A stretch of 63,430 bases of DNA, filler included, from Welwitschia mirabilis (GCA_051453625.1; 6 parts of one record of this genome joined end to end with filler, not necessarily neighbours in it); one strand, 5' to 3'; positions 39,122 through 52,689 are shown, counted from the whole stretch's first letter. The notes: generated by a model not told the origin, from the letters alone. Numbers and translations: made by a program.

Positions 39122-40464
39122 TAAAAAGATAAAAAATTGTAGAGGAAGGAATGAATAGATTCTTTAAAAATTAAAATAAGATAAAATAACAATTCATGAT
39201 ATATTAAAATTTTTATCAAAATAATTTACTAATAAAATTATGCATATGAAGAAAAACTAATTGTATTTAAAGTAATCAAACTGACAAAAAGTATAAAATA
39301 CCAAAATAGATTTGCCTACAGGATTTTATAGTGGTTCAGAAAATCCCCTACTTTACTCTCAATGATTAACTTATTTCCAAGCTTGATCCAAATCTTTGCT
39401 AACTCTTCTAGGTATTTTAGGTTCACTTGTAACATTTACAAACAAACTTTTGCAAGCTCAGTTTCAACCTTTAGAGGATGTAGCAGTAATAGTAAGAATT
39501 CTTTGATACATANNNNNNNNNNTTCTTCATACAGTGGATTCGATGAAGCTATTATCCTGTAGATGTATAATACATAAAGCACTAGATCTAACTTTGAATG
39601 TACAAATAATATAGATAATAGATCTTTTTGGATTAGCAGTATAAATGCCAAGATTCAATAGTGAATATTAGAAGATATCAGTACTTTTTTATGAATCTAA
39701 GAAAAAAGGTTCTTTAGTCATCTATCTCTTGGATATTTATATTACAAGGCTTTTAGGATTTATTACATTTGAAAATATGCTTTCAACTATTATAAATAGC
39801 TAGAAAATGACTATCTAATGGATACAAAACATATACAAAAAAGATATAAAATTTTACTTTTGTTCCATTTGGTTGATCCCTCAAAAGTTTGGTCAATCTT
39901 ATCTGGTGCTATGACTTATAGTCATCCAAGTGAAATTTTTGATTGCCCTAATTTCTTACGGCTCTATGTATGGTTGACCCTTAAGATTTGGTCAACTCCC
40001 ATATGATCACCTACCATTAAGTCTGATCATTCATTAGTCCTAAAAGATCTTTCCAATTTCTTACATCAGGTCTAGTGAAACCTTTAATGTATCTGGTTGA
40101 CCCCATGATGATTGGGTCAAGAGTATCAACTGCATAGTTCTTAAGTCCAATCAACCCCTTCAATGGTCCAGTCTACCCCTTGGCAATCAGTTCAAGAGTA
40201 CTATTCATAAGTTTATAGATTCAGTTGACTCCATCAGAAATCCAGTTGATCCCTCTTAATTTAGTTTAATTTATAAGTATCTACTTTAGGCATGGTTAAC
40301 TTTTTGAAAGGGTAAATGAACTTGACAGGTTTCTAGTGATTATAATTTGATAGTTTTAGCTTTATCTTTAAACCTATAAGTGATTAACATCTTATGCACA
40401 AGACACAAAATTTGCTTTACAAAAAACATTAGTTTGACATTAATTGATAAAACATAATCTAACA
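39122..40464 (-). repeat. Sirevirus 5' LTR
   Basis: Starts TGTTAGATTATGTTTT; contains GGTYRACC motif array and a degenerate C-rich U5 signal (ctattcattccttcctcta). Confidence 0.9.
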
Positions 40465-40655
40465 GATATTTCCTAAATCTATGCCTTTATTAATCATTAA
40501 GTAGCATTTATTTGAGCTAAGTAAAAGGCATTTTTTAATACATTACTTAAGGATACATTCTAAGTCATTCAAATAGTGATTAAAAGATACACTAAGAAAT
40601 CATTCATGAAGATTTTAACATCTAAAACTAATAAGTTAGAGAAGATTCCAATCAT
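40465..40655 (-). pseudogene. Upstream RT fragment of the host Athila pol
   Basis: MIGIFSNLLVLDVKIFMNDFLVY…KCYLMINKGIDLGN; cut again at 40656 by another LTR. Confidence 0.85.
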
Positions 40656-40771
40656 TGTTGCAATGCCAACTTAAGTGTATTTGATAGGGTTTTTTTTTGA
40701 GTTGTTTTGCAGATAAACTAACAAATAAATGCTCAGTTTCTATGATAATTGAGAATCTAGGAGCACAAGAC
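40656..40771 (+). repeat. Start of an Athila-family LTR, truncated by contig spacer
   Basis: TGTTGCAATGCCAAC…ttgataggg matches LTR starts at 15677 and 45248. Confidence 0.8.
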
Positions 40772-40871
40772 NNNNNNNNNNNNNNNNNNNNNNNNNNNNN
40801 NNNNNNNNNNNNNNNTTAATTAATTAANNNNNNNNNNNNNNNNNNNNNNNNNNNNNNNNNNNNNNNNNNNN
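40772..40871. other. Artificial contig spacer
   Basis: TTAATTAATTAA at 40816-40827. Confidence 0.95.
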
Positions 40872-41504
40872 GAAGTACATCCATTTACGACAACAACTCC
40901 TCAATGAAAGATTCTCTGCCTAACACTAAGGTGGTCCTTCTTATAAGTAGGATGGATCTCCTTACCTCTAACAATCTCTAAATATCAGAATAATGTTAAT
41001 GCAAAAGATGATTTTGAATAGGGTTTGAATGGGTCTATTTGTAGGTTGAAATAGGTTTATAAAGGGTGTAAGACGAAGAGGTACAAGTTAAATACACCCT
41101 TTCATCATAATTTAATTAACTTTACATAAAATGTTNNNNNNNNNNNNNNNNNNNNNNNNNNNNNNNNNNNNNNNNNNNNNNNNNNNNNNNNNNNNNNNNN
41201 NNNNNNNNNNNNNNNNNNNNNNNNNNNNNNNNNNNNNNNNNNNNNNNNNNNNNNNNNNNNNNNNNNNNNNNNNNNNNNNNNNNNNNNNNNNNNNNNNNNN
41301 NNNNNNNNNNNNNNNNNNNNNNNNNNNNNATTTTTCTTTGGTTGTTCTTTATCCAAAAATGGCTTCTTATTTGAAGTATTATTGCATATTTTAGCCTGCA
41401 TAGAAGCTTTGTAGAATTTGCATAAATCCATAGAAAAACCTGTAAATAGTACGTGAAAATATACTTCACAAGTGTATTACATAGGTCAAGTTGGCATCTC
41501 AACA
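40872..41504 (-). repeat. Partial Athila-family LTR inserted in the 3' LTR of the next element
   Basis: Minus start TGTTGAGATGCCAAC at 41504 with no PPT; contains the family motif ccttagtgttagg..cattgagga. Confidence 0.65.
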
Positions 41505-42899
41505 GAAATAGAAATGAATAATGGAAAGGATATTTATAATTTTAAATTTATATTCTAGAAACTTAACCCTAAAAGTCAAAAAAAAAAAAACCTAATAGCC
41601 TAAGTGGATTTCTTAATCCCATTACAAAGATAATTCTTTCCAACCATAGAAAAACATCTGTTGTCCTGACTATCATGAGGATGATAGAAAGACATCACCC
41701 TATGCCAATAGGTACTTCATCAGCTTCATGCCTTAATTTCAGCCCTACATCTTTTGTCCATATTAGTAATGCTATCATCTTGCCTGTCGTGAGAACAATA
41801 AAGAGGATGCTAGACTTTATTATCTCTAATCTCAAAGGTAAGTCAGTCGTTTGCATGATAGATCCTCATTCCAAGTATGCAGTGTCAAAATAAGCTTTAA
41901 AAACCTCCAAATATGCTAGAATTACATGTTTTATTGATCATCCTATCATACCTTCATAATTATTAGTGTTGCATTCAAATCTATGTAAATGTCCTGTAAA
42001 AGCACTCAAAATACACTATCAAATTCCTATAAATTGGCATCATAACATAGCCCTCTACTTATCCTTCTCAGTCCTTGACAAAGTAAGTGATCAACTATAT
42101 TATGAGCCAATTTGAATAAGATAAAATAGTACTAAAAATATGTAAGTTGAGTCTAATTAAATCATGTAAGAAAAGTTATCACAATTAGATTAACTGATAC
42201 AAATGCTAAAAATATCTCTAAGCCCCCTACCAAAGCATATCATTATAAAATAAATAAATGCCATACACATACAAAAATCATAAAAATGTAACATTAATAC
42301 TAATAGAATGATAAGGTATATGCATATTATAGAAATAGTAATAACAGACTGATGTCATAGACTTAAGTAATACTAGTCCCCAAAAAGAGTGATATATTTA
42401 AGTTCATTAGTATCATCAATAAAGCAAAGATCAAGAGTAGATTAAGCATCTTTTAGATGATCTAAAACATAGCTACAAGAAAACTTTGAGAGTGTGCTAC
42501 TAGATCCTGTAAGATAAAGTTTAAGAATTCTTCATAAATTTATTCAATTAACATAAAAAACTAATCCAAGTAACCCATTAAATATATATATCTTGAAATC
42601 TTAAAAAATAAAAAATTTATGCTCAAAATCATAGAATAAATCTCATAAATATGTCCTATCCTCTCATAAGAGAAGTAAGACATTTTGAATTATACTAAAG
42701 AGAAAGGATGAGTGGCATCCAGTCTTTTGTGGGGATGATAGGCATGGGACGATAGTGATTAAATAAGCTATTTGTTTTTTAATGATGGTTTTCTAGTGGA
42801 GTTTTTAGCATCTGATATCGATGTGAAATTATAGGAGTGCAAAATTTATACATTATCTTATTCATTCATTTCATTGTTTATGGAAGTTGACACCTCATG

Positions 42900-44395
42900 G
42901 ATAAGAGGTGTTGTATCATTTATAATTCTTGTTGCTACTTTTAAGTATTTCTTGACTTCATTTGAATTGGATAAAGGTTGAAATGCAAGATACCCTTATA
43001 GTCTTTGATTAGCAAGAATTATTTATTGAAGCATATTTACTAAGTTTTCAATGTTACTATTAATCATTTTTTGCACCTTTCTCATTTTTTCTATGGATTC
43101 TCTAAGTGAATTAATCTAGTTTGGTTGAAAACTAGGTTGAAAATTTTAATTTATAAATCTATTTTCAAAAGGTTTTCATTGAGCTTGTCCACCTACTTTT
43201 TGTTGAAATTGTGATTGGCTTTTAAAGTTAGGTGTTCTTTAGTTAAAAGCATAAACTTCCTCAAACATCCTCTCCTTACAACTTGGTAACAAAGGGCACT
43301 CTTTAGTTGGATGAGAGTTGTCTTCACAAATTTTATAAGTTGAAGTTGAGTTTTCATCCTTTATTACTTTTGCATTAACTATCATTTATGTATGCTTGTC
43401 TAAAGTGGCAGTGAAGTCTTTATTAAAGTTGATGGAGTCACCTATTTTTTCTTCCTTGTCATGTTTAACCTCCTTTAAATCTTTTATGATTAACTATAGT
43501 TTAATTTTCTTTAGTGGGTTTATGCCAATTTTGACTTGTTTCTACTAGGTTTTCCAACATACTTCATGCTTTTTCCAAAACTAAGTTTAATAAGTTACCT
43601 TCACAAGAAAAATCGATAAGTTGTTTAGTTTGATAATTTAATTCACTGTAAAAATAATTGACTAACTTTTTCTCACAGAATTCATCAATAGGATTGGAAT
43701 GATTAGTTATGATAAAACATTCATAAGCTATGGTATAATCCTTATGAGGTTGTTCTTAAAAGTTGATTACTTTTTTTCTTCTTTTTCTCATAGAACTTTC
43801 ACTCAAAAATTATTTAATAAAAACTTTTTGCTCTTGATTTGATAACTTAAGACTCTTATGTGGAATAGTTTTAAGCCAAATTTTTTCCATTCCTATAAGT
43901 ATGAATAGAAAAATAATCAAGTAGGTATAATTACTAATACACTTCTTTCAATTTTCTAAGGTAAGCAAAAATTATTTAATATTGGCTAAATGCTAGAAAG
44001 GGTTCTCCTCAAGGTTCCTCCAAAAATGTTGGATATGCACTCAAATTTCTTAACTCTACATCATTACTGAGGGTAAATAAAGGGATTTTGAATTTCACAT
44101 TTTCAATTAGCAATTAAATCTCTAAGAGTAACATTTGCATTCATAGCATAAGTTCCTATTACAATTGGAGTACTAGACGAAGAAACTTGCTTTATTTTTG
44201 CAATAATCTTGACATATTCAAAGAAGAAATAACATGATTTACTTTTACGCTATAATTTTGTTCTATAAAATCTAATTCTAAAATAAAAGTAGAGAAATAT
44301 TCTTCTTTAATTCTTGAAATTTTCATATCTAAGATGTGAATACCTAGATTTTTCTCATAGTCAAATAATCCTTCTCTGATATTTTCTTCAATCAT
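42900..44395 (-). pseudogene. Athila-like gag, no protease
   Basis: MIEENIREGL.., KIWLKTIPHKSLK, LVNYFYSELNYQTKQLIDFSCEGNLLN, KICEDNSHPTKEC; homologous to 12060-13200. Confidence 0.82.
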
Positions 44396-46459
44396 GTTTT
44401 TCTCTCTCTAATATTTTGTCTTTTTACTAAAATTCACTATGTCCCTACATGCGCAAATAGCAAATGAAAATAAAAAAAAATAATAGATTGTCATCCACCT
44501 ACTCGTGAAGATGACAAAGAGGATGATGATTATAAAAATAGAAAGCTGAACTCAAGTAAAAATTACTAAAAGTCAAAAATCAGACTATTGTTCTAGTTGT
44601 TGTGAATATGATAGAGAAGATGATAGTATTTTGATCTAAAAATAAAAAGAAAATTTGAAAAAAAAATAAATTCAAAGATTAAAAACTATTATTCTCTATG
44701 TTGTGGGAATGATAAAGAGGATGACAAGATTCCTAAGAACTATAGAAAATAAAAACTATTGAAATAAACGTACTAAAGCTATGCTAAAAATACAATACTA
44801 TTAAAAATAAATAACCTAAAAAAATTTTGAGGTACTTATCTAGATAGTGATAATCCTCTAGCTCCTTGCGGCCTTTCCTAACAATAGAGCTAAATGTTGT
44901 CATATGAATATATGTAATTCTTAATCTTTAAGTAAACATACAAATCAAATTACTTGCAGAAAAACACACACTAGTATAGATATGAGTTAACTCAAATGTC
45001 AAACTAAATTGAAGGCACTAGGCTTAGAGAATTGATTTCATAAAGTATTTTTAGTCTTTTTTATTTTAACAAATGCAAGTAAACAAATATAAAAATATAA
45101 TGCAATGATGAAGGAAGATGAAATGTGGTGGAAGAAATGTGAATGAGATGAGTTCTATTTAAATTCTAATTCTTCTATCACAAGAACTAGCTCTCTATAA
45201 TTCAAAGTAATTAATAAGAGTTATTCACTTATTTCTAATTAACATGGTGTTACGACACTAACTTATGTGTATTTGATAGGGTATTCTGAGTTATTTTGCA
45301 GATAAAATAATAGATAAATGCTCAGTTCCTACGACAATCAAGAATCAAGAAGTAGGAGATGAAAACATGCAATTATCAAATAAAATACAAGCAATTCATG
45401 CAAGAACAGAAGAGTATTATTTTAAGATCATGATTCTACATAAGACAAAGCAATTTCACTAAGAAAAGATCGAGAAAAGACCGTCATCCACCCCATTATC
45501 CACACGATAGTCAAGACGACAACCCCAATTAAGCATATGATACAGTTCTTTCAAGATAACTTGTAGTTAAACTGAAGATCTTACTATTAGACATCATCGT
45601 TCATCTCATTGTCCAGATGACATTAGTGGATGATATCTCCAGAACCAGTTGACAGAACTTCACATGCAGTTCATAAGCAGTTAAATTAGAAGCCAAACAG
45701 ATATCTCATTATTAATCCTTGTCGTCCCCTCCATTGTCCAGATGATAATAAAGACGATACTATTCTCCTATAGTTTTACAGAATGTTTTCCCGAGTTGTC
45801 GCATCTTTATTGCAACTTTATTATACATGTTAGCTAGGGTTTCTTCTTTACTTTTCTATCAGTTTTCTTTTCCTTTCTATCTATAAATAAAGGTCTCCCC
45901 TTTGATCCCTAATCATCTCTAACAATATCTGACATTCTCATAACAGGAGATCTTGGAACCGGAGAACCATCTTGTAATCCAGAGAGATGTTACCTTGGTG
46001 TTGGGTGGTGTATCCTCCATTGAGGAATGACTACNNNNNNNNNNNNNNNNNNNNNNNNNNNNNNNNNNNNNNNNNNNNNNNNNNNNNNNNNNNNNNNNNN
46101 NNNNNNNNNNNNNNNNNNNNNNNNNNNNNNNNNNNNNNNNNNNNNNNNNNNNNNNNNNNNNNNNNNNNNNNNNNNNNNNNNNNNNNNNNNNNNNNNNNNN
46201 NNNNNNNNNNNNNNNNNNNNNNNNNNNNNNNNNNNNNNNNNNNNNNNNNNNNNNNNNNNNNNNNNNNNNNNNNNNNNNNNNNNNNNNNNNNNNNNNNNNN
46301 NNNNNNNNNNNNNNNNNNNNNNNNNCATTGGCCTTCGATGGAATTACAACATTCGGATCACTCCATTTATACCAGCGTGCTATATTTGTGCATCTTATTT
46401 GTAATTAACAAGATTTAAATCAAGGCATAAACATTGCATAAATTTGCATCACAACAAAT

Positions 46460-46477
46460 TGGTGCCGTTACTAAGGA
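46460..46477 (+). promoter_or_regulatory. Primer-binding site, degenerate tRNA-Asp type (Athila)
   Basis: TGGTGCCGTTACTAAGGA versus canonical TGGCGCCGTTGCCGGGGA; differences are transitions. Confidence 0.8.
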
Positions 46478-48093
46478 AGGCTGCTTGGAACTTGAGAGTT
46501 GTCATTGCTTTAGTGGATATTCTAGATGTTTGCTGCAGCATCGGTGTACCAATACTCTATAAGTATTTTATTTCAGTTTTAGCTTTTGACTAACCATTGA
46601 CATTCCTTTTGTTGTTCAGACATCACAGTCGGATGACTAATTCCTTTTTTGCTTTTCCTTGTTCTGTGGTTGTCTGTATTTTCTATTTCTGTTATCTAGG
46701 TTATCGTCNNNNNNNNNNNNNNNNNNNNNNNNNNNNNNNNNNNNNNNNNNNNNNNNNNNNNNNNNNNNNNNNNNNNNNNNNNNNNNNNNNNNNNNNNNNN
46801 NNNNNNNNGTTCAGACATCACAGTCGGATGACTAATTCCTTTTCTGCTTTTCCTTGTTCTGTGGTTGTCTGTATTTTCTATTTCTGTTATCTAGGTTATC
46901 GTCTTGATGATGTACAAGATGATCACTTTTGTGAACTAAAATTAAATGGTAAAAATAGGAAAAGGTAAAAATACCAGAGAAAGAGACAATTCACTATAGA
47001 AAATATCCGAGAAGGTTTGCTAAATTTTGAATTTGAAAATCAAAATAGCCCAGNNNNNNNNNNNNNNNNNNNNNNNNNNNNNNNNNNNNNNNNNNNNNNN
47101 NNNNNNNNNNNNNNNNNNNNNNNNNNNNNNNNNNNNNNNNNNNNNNNNNNNNNNNNNNNNNNNNNNNNNNNNNNNNNNNNNNNNNNNNNNNNNNNNNNNN
47201 NNNNNNNNNNNNNNNNNNNNNNNNNNNNNNNNNNNNNNNNNNNNNNNNNNNNNNNNNNNNNNNNNNNNNNNNNNNNNNNNNNNNNNNNNNNNNNNNNNNN
47301 NNNNNNNNNNNNNNNNNNNNNNNNNNNNNNNNNNNNNNNNNNNNNNNNNNNNNNNNNNNNNNNNNNNNNNNNNNNNNNNNNNNNNNNNNNNNNNNNNNNN
47401 NNNNNNNNNNNNNNNNNNNNNNNNNNNNNNNNNNNNNNNNNNNNNNNNNNNNNNNNNNNNNNNNNNNNNNNNNNNNNNNNNNNNNNNNNNNGAGCCTAAA
47501 ATCTTGGAGCCAAGTTTAAGAAGCCTTTATCAAAAGATTTATGAATGAAACCACCATTCAGAAACATAAGAAAGAAGTTACAAACTTCCAACAACTGCCT
47601 AATGAAAACTATGCTTTTGCTTATGAGAGATTCTTTGTAGCTTTACACTCAAACCCAGTAGATTCTTTTTCTGAGGTAGAATTAACAGACTATTTCTATA
47701 ATGGGTAAAACAGTCATACTAAACAGCTTGTAGATTTCTTTTATGAAAATAACCTCTTAAATCAAACTTTAGAAGATGCTTGGAAGATATTAGACTTAGT
47801 CGAAGTAAGTCAAACTTGGCCAAAACCCTCATCTAGAGAAAATAAAACAGTAAGCCAAATCATCAAAGACCTCAAGGAAGTTAAACACAAAAAAACTGAA
47901 ACCAAAATAGAATATGAACCAACTAGCGTTATTAAGGATTTTACATCTACTTTGGAGAAATACACTCAGATGATCCTTGATACTAAAGTGGCAAATAAGA
48001 AAAGTCAATTCATTGTTCCAACTTATGATTTATGCGAGGATAGTTATCACATTACAAAAGAGTATCCTTTACTCCCTACATATAAAGAGAGAA

Positions 48094-48193
48094 NNNNNNN
48101 NNNNNNNNNNNNNNNNNNNNNNNNNNNNNNNNNNNNNTTAATTAATTAANNNNNNNNNNNNNNNNNNNNNNNNNNNNNNNNNNNNNNNNNNNN
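48094..48193. other. Artificial contig spacer
   Basis: TTAATTAATTAA at 48138-48149. Confidence 0.95.
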
Positions 48194-49216
48194 CCTTCGA
48201 TGGAATTACGACATTTGGATCACTCTGTCTATACTAGCGTGCTATATTTGTGCATCTTATTTGTAATTAATAAGATTTAAATCAAGGCGTGAACATTGCA
48301 TAAATTCGCACTACAACACATGGACTATGAGATATGCCAAATAGAATATGATAAATAAAATATATAATTAAAATAAAATAGCAATACAAACCTAAACCAA
48401 TCAAGTTAACCTTAACAAAGGTTATTCTTATGATCTAAATAAATTATAAAACTATCACTAACTATAATTAACTTAAACCATAAGGAAAATTTAAATAATT
48501 ATATTGAAAAGAGTATTTAAATTAATCATAGAACTTTTACATCCACTTACAACAAAGTAGTAGCTTCTCAATGGAGGATATTCATCCCAATACTAAGGTG
48601 ACTTCTCTCTGTAGCTACTAGATGGATATATTTTCCTTTAGTATTTTGTTACAAGAACATTAGATACAAAAGATGAATTGGAAGTAAAGGAAAGAGAGGG
48701 TATTTATATTTTTATAATAAAGTTCTAGAAGCTCAATCCTAGAAGTCAGAGAAGAAACCCTAATGGCCCAAATGGATCACATGACCCCATTACAAAGATA
48801 ATTCTTTCTATTATAGAAAAATAACTTTCATCTTGAATGTCATGGGGATGATCATGAAGATATCACTTCATATCAAAAAGTGCTTCATTAGATTTAAGCT
48901 CTATAGTTAACTCCTTAGAATCCATCCATGTTAGCAGTGCTATCATGTTGACTGTTATGGAAATAATAGAGGAAATAATAACCTTCTTCATCTTCAATCT
49001 CAAAGATAAATTAGTATTATACATTATACATATTTTTTCCAAAGTATGAAGTATTATAATAACTTTATAAGCCTCTAAATATGCTAAGAATTACATGTTT
49101 AGATGATTATTCTATCAGTTTTCCATAATGATCAGTATTACATCTAAACCTATATTAAATTTCTACAAAAATACTTACAATACACCATTAAATTTCCACA
49201 AATTGGCATCAAAACA

Positions 49217-50192
49217 CCTATTTTTATTGTTTAACATAAAATCTATCTTGAGGATAATGCAAAACCTATTATGCAACCCTAGAATAGATTAAATCCAACT
49301 CTTAAATAAGTTGTAAAAGATGAAATCATTAAATTAATGGATGCTAAAATTATTTATGCCATATCTAATAGTGAGTAGATTATCCTTTTAATGATAGTGC
49401 CTAAAAAATAAGAACTAGAGAATGTGTATTAATCTTAGAAAGCTAAATAAAGTAATAAAGAAAGATAATTATCCTTTACCTTTTTCTTGACAAAATACTT
49501 AGTAGAATTCAAGGATGTACCTTTTATTACTTTCTTGATGGGTATAGCGGTTATAATCAGGTTTGTATAGCTAATGATAATTAAGTAAAAATAACTTTTA
49601 CTTTATCTTTTAGAACATTTACATTTATACACATGCATTTTGGACTTTGTAATGTCCCTAGTACTTTTTAATGTATAATGATGGGTATTTCGTTTGATAT
49701 GTTAGAGGATTCAATTAAACTTTTTTGGGATTATTTCTCAATGTTTAGTAAAATTTTTAAATAAATCTTAGAAATTTTAAATAAAGTCCTTAATAGATAC
49801 ATTAAAAATGGCCTACATTTAAGTTGGGAGAAGAGTTTCTTTTTAATCAATAATGGAATTGTTTTAGGTTGTGACATTTCTAATAAAAGAATTAAGTTGG
49901 ATTCTAAAAAAGTAAGTATCATTAAAAAACTAACTCCTCTAACAAATGTAAAACAAATTCAATATTTTCCTGATTATTGTGATTTTTATTTTTTTATTTA
50001 AAGTCATGCTAAAATTTGTAAATCCTTTTACTTGTTACTTGATAAAGAAGCTTAATTTGAACGGAATGAATCTTGTTAGCTTGCTTTGCAAACACTTAAA
50101 GATAAAATATCTTTCACACCTATTATAATAGGACTCAATTAAAATAAAGATTTTAAATTAATGTATGATGCTAATACTATTACCATGGGTAG
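49217..50192 (+). pseudogene. Athila-like RT and start of RNase H, same family as 700-2930, cut on both sides by LTRs
   Basis: HKIYLEDNAKP, RLNPTLK*VVKDEIIKLMDA, FYYFLDGYSGYNQ, FKLMYDAN. Confidence 0.92.
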
Positions 50193-51829
50193 TGTTGTGA
50201 TGCGTATTTGTGCAAACAATTTGAGTTCAAGGAGATCTTGTCTTCACAAATAAAAAAGATATTTGCATAACACAATACACTAATATAGATGGGAGTTAAT
50301 CTAAATGTCGTAATCTATTGAAGGCCTAAGCTAGGGTAAGAGAATTAATTTTCGTTAAAAACACATTGTATTCTATCAACAAAAATAAGTGCAATGCAGA
50401 GAAATATAATGCAACACACTTATGTAAAGTTAATCTAAGAAATAAAAATAATAATGCACCTAAAGTAATAATACTTAACCTTGAAAAACGTTTCTCTCAT
50501 AATCTATATCACTTAAAAAACACTAAATCAAAAATAATATGAGCTATGAGCATTAAGAACAAATAAGCATAGGAAATAAAAAAGAAATCTTTGTATTACT
50601 CAAACCACATCCATGTTGCAAAGCAGCCACATCTCAATGGAAGAAGCATAACTCAACACCAAGGAAGACATATTTCTACAACTATAAGGATGAAACTCTG
50701 GTTCTTTAATATCCTATCATAAGAATTTCTGATGCAAGAAAATATAAGATAGAGTTGAGAATTGAATTAATATTTATTAATGTAACACACAACAATAAGA
50801 TAGATAGACAATTATGGATACAACCCTAATGGTTATGCCAAAAGAACATACAAATAAGTGGTAGGAGATAGGTGAATGTTTGATAGAATGTTATAACAAA
50901 TGTCATTCTGGTAGTCATCTAGATGATATAAGGGATGATTCCATCTCATTAATAATCCATATCATTATCAAACTGATTACAATCAACATTCTTACTGACC
51001 TTAACTTCTCTGTTATCCATACTGTCATCCAAATGATGAGGTAGACGATGGGCTTTAACAAGTGTTTCTTCAATGCATCAGCATTAACGTTTGTAGGAAA
51101 TCTATGTTAGAAATAGAAAGTATTTGAAACTACTTCAAATACTCCAAAATGTCATAGAGATTACATGTTTTTGTTTCTTTCATCTTAGCTCTCTATTATC
51201 ATGGAAATATAACATATACCCATTTAATATCCAACAAAACCACTCAAAATATCCTATCAATTATATGTGAGTTGGCAATGCAACATAGTCCTTCACTTAG
51301 CCTTGTCAGTCCTTGATAAAACTAGGTAGTAAACCATGATTGCAAGTCCAACTTATTTAATAATAAAAATATCTAAGATAATAAAGAAATTATCTTAATT
51401 TTTAAAAAAAATTTCATAGCTATAAATTGAATCCCAAGAAATTAAAAAACTGAACATTTCCCATCTAGGTCATTACCTGGATGATTAAGGGAATGATAGG
51501 ATCAAAACATGGTCTTGGAAAATAGAAACCTATGATAGAATTTTTAAAATAATTAATCAGTTTATATATGAATGTCCTCCACTAAATTAAATATTAATGA
51601 ATAAAAGATTACCAAAATAATATCAGTCCTTATCATATCATGTAAAAAATAAATATATTCATGAAAATTAGATAAAAAGGTATACCATGCTAAACTCAAA
51701 AATGATATGTATATAAATAATGAGTTTTAATACAAATTCTATCTAGGCAGCTAGCTCAGGTGTAGGGAAGAAAATGAGGATGCTCAAGATCAGTAGGGAA
51801 ATGTAGATTTAAAGATGTAAAAATAGACT

Positions 51830-52584
51830 ATCTTATTATCCTAGACACGTATATCCTTTGGAATATTAACTATCACACTCTTCTGAATAGAAATAATGCA
51901 TTAGTGCATGTCAACAATCTGATCCTTAGAGTATTGGACTCTCCTCNNNNNNNNNNNNNNNNNNNNNNNNNNNNNNNNNNNNNNNNNNNNNNNNNNNNNN
52001 NNNNNNNNNNNNNNNNNNNNNNNNNNNNNNNNNNNNNNNNNNNNNNNNNNNNNNNNNNNNNNNNNNNNNNNNNNNNNNNNNNNNNNNNNNNNNNNNNNNN
52101 NNNNNNNNNNNNNNNNNNNNNNNNNNNNNNNNNNNNNNNNNNNNNNNNNNNNNNNNNNNNNNNNNNNNNNNNNNNNNNNNNNNNNNNNNNNNNNNNNNNC
52201 AATGCTTTCCCATAATCTTTGGTATCTTAAATCATCTGAAAAGATCTAAGAGAAGGCATGAGTATCCTAGAGTTTGTAACTATCATGCCTTAACCATGGA
52301 TCTTAGTCTTATCCAAATAAATGTGGGTAGGTCCAATTGCTTTCCCTATCTAAACACTACCAGTATCTATAAATATGTAACTATGATGTAACTATCATGA
52401 AATAATAGGCTGATGTTATGGATCAGACATTTGTAAAGCACTCTATATGTGGGGATGAGCTATGTAACAAGAAATCTACTGGTATATCTAGTGCGACACC
52501 ACATGCATGGTGTTCCTAAGTTTCACTAACTAAATGAATATGAAGACTCTCAAGCCCACCAAGATCTATGATTACTACAATGTG
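51830..52584 (-). repeat. Diverged tandem duplicate of the 3' two-thirds of the env-like ORF
   Basis: 51835-51946 matches 52710-52822; 52200-52584 matches 53070-53473, with substitutions and indels. Confidence 0.85.
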
Positions 52585-52689
52585 NNNNNNNNNNNNNNNN
52601 NNNNNNNNNNNNNNNNNNNNNNNNNNNNNNNNNNNNNNNNNNNNNNNNNNNNNNNNNNNNNNNNNNNNNNNNNNNNNNNNNNNNAAATG

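Larger units (their letters stand above)
25821..40464 (-). mobile_element. Sirevirus-like Ty1/copia composite inserted in Athila RT
   Basis: TG...CA termini; TSD GACAT (25816-25820) / GATAT (40465-40469); removal restores RT reading GIDLGN-VISKEE. Split 3' LTR (25821-26318 + 32734-33582, ~1347 bp) matches the 5' LTR length (~1343 bp). Confidence 0.92.
45248..48318 (+). mobile_element. Younger Athila-family element nested in an LTR (5' LTR 45248-46456, PBS, gag, gap, 3' LTR end)
   Basis: Perfect TSD CATGG (45243-45247, 48319-48323); LTR ends 46331-46456 and 48194-48318 are highly similar; gag fragment 47492-48093. Confidence 0.9.
41505..49216 (-). mobile_element. Gag-only Athila-like element (partial 3' LTR 41505-42047; 5' LTR 44895-45247 + 48324-49216)
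   Basis: PPT aagtagagggcta at 42048; degenerate PBS ~44874-44892; LTR halves homologous (41520-41640 vs 48680-48810); ~2.85-kb interior holds gag only. Confidence 0.8.

Noticed and set aside
46609..46902. Near-identical ~95-bp direct repeat either side of a 100-N gap
   Set aside because: Almost identical and abutting the gap; most likely an unmerged contig overlap.
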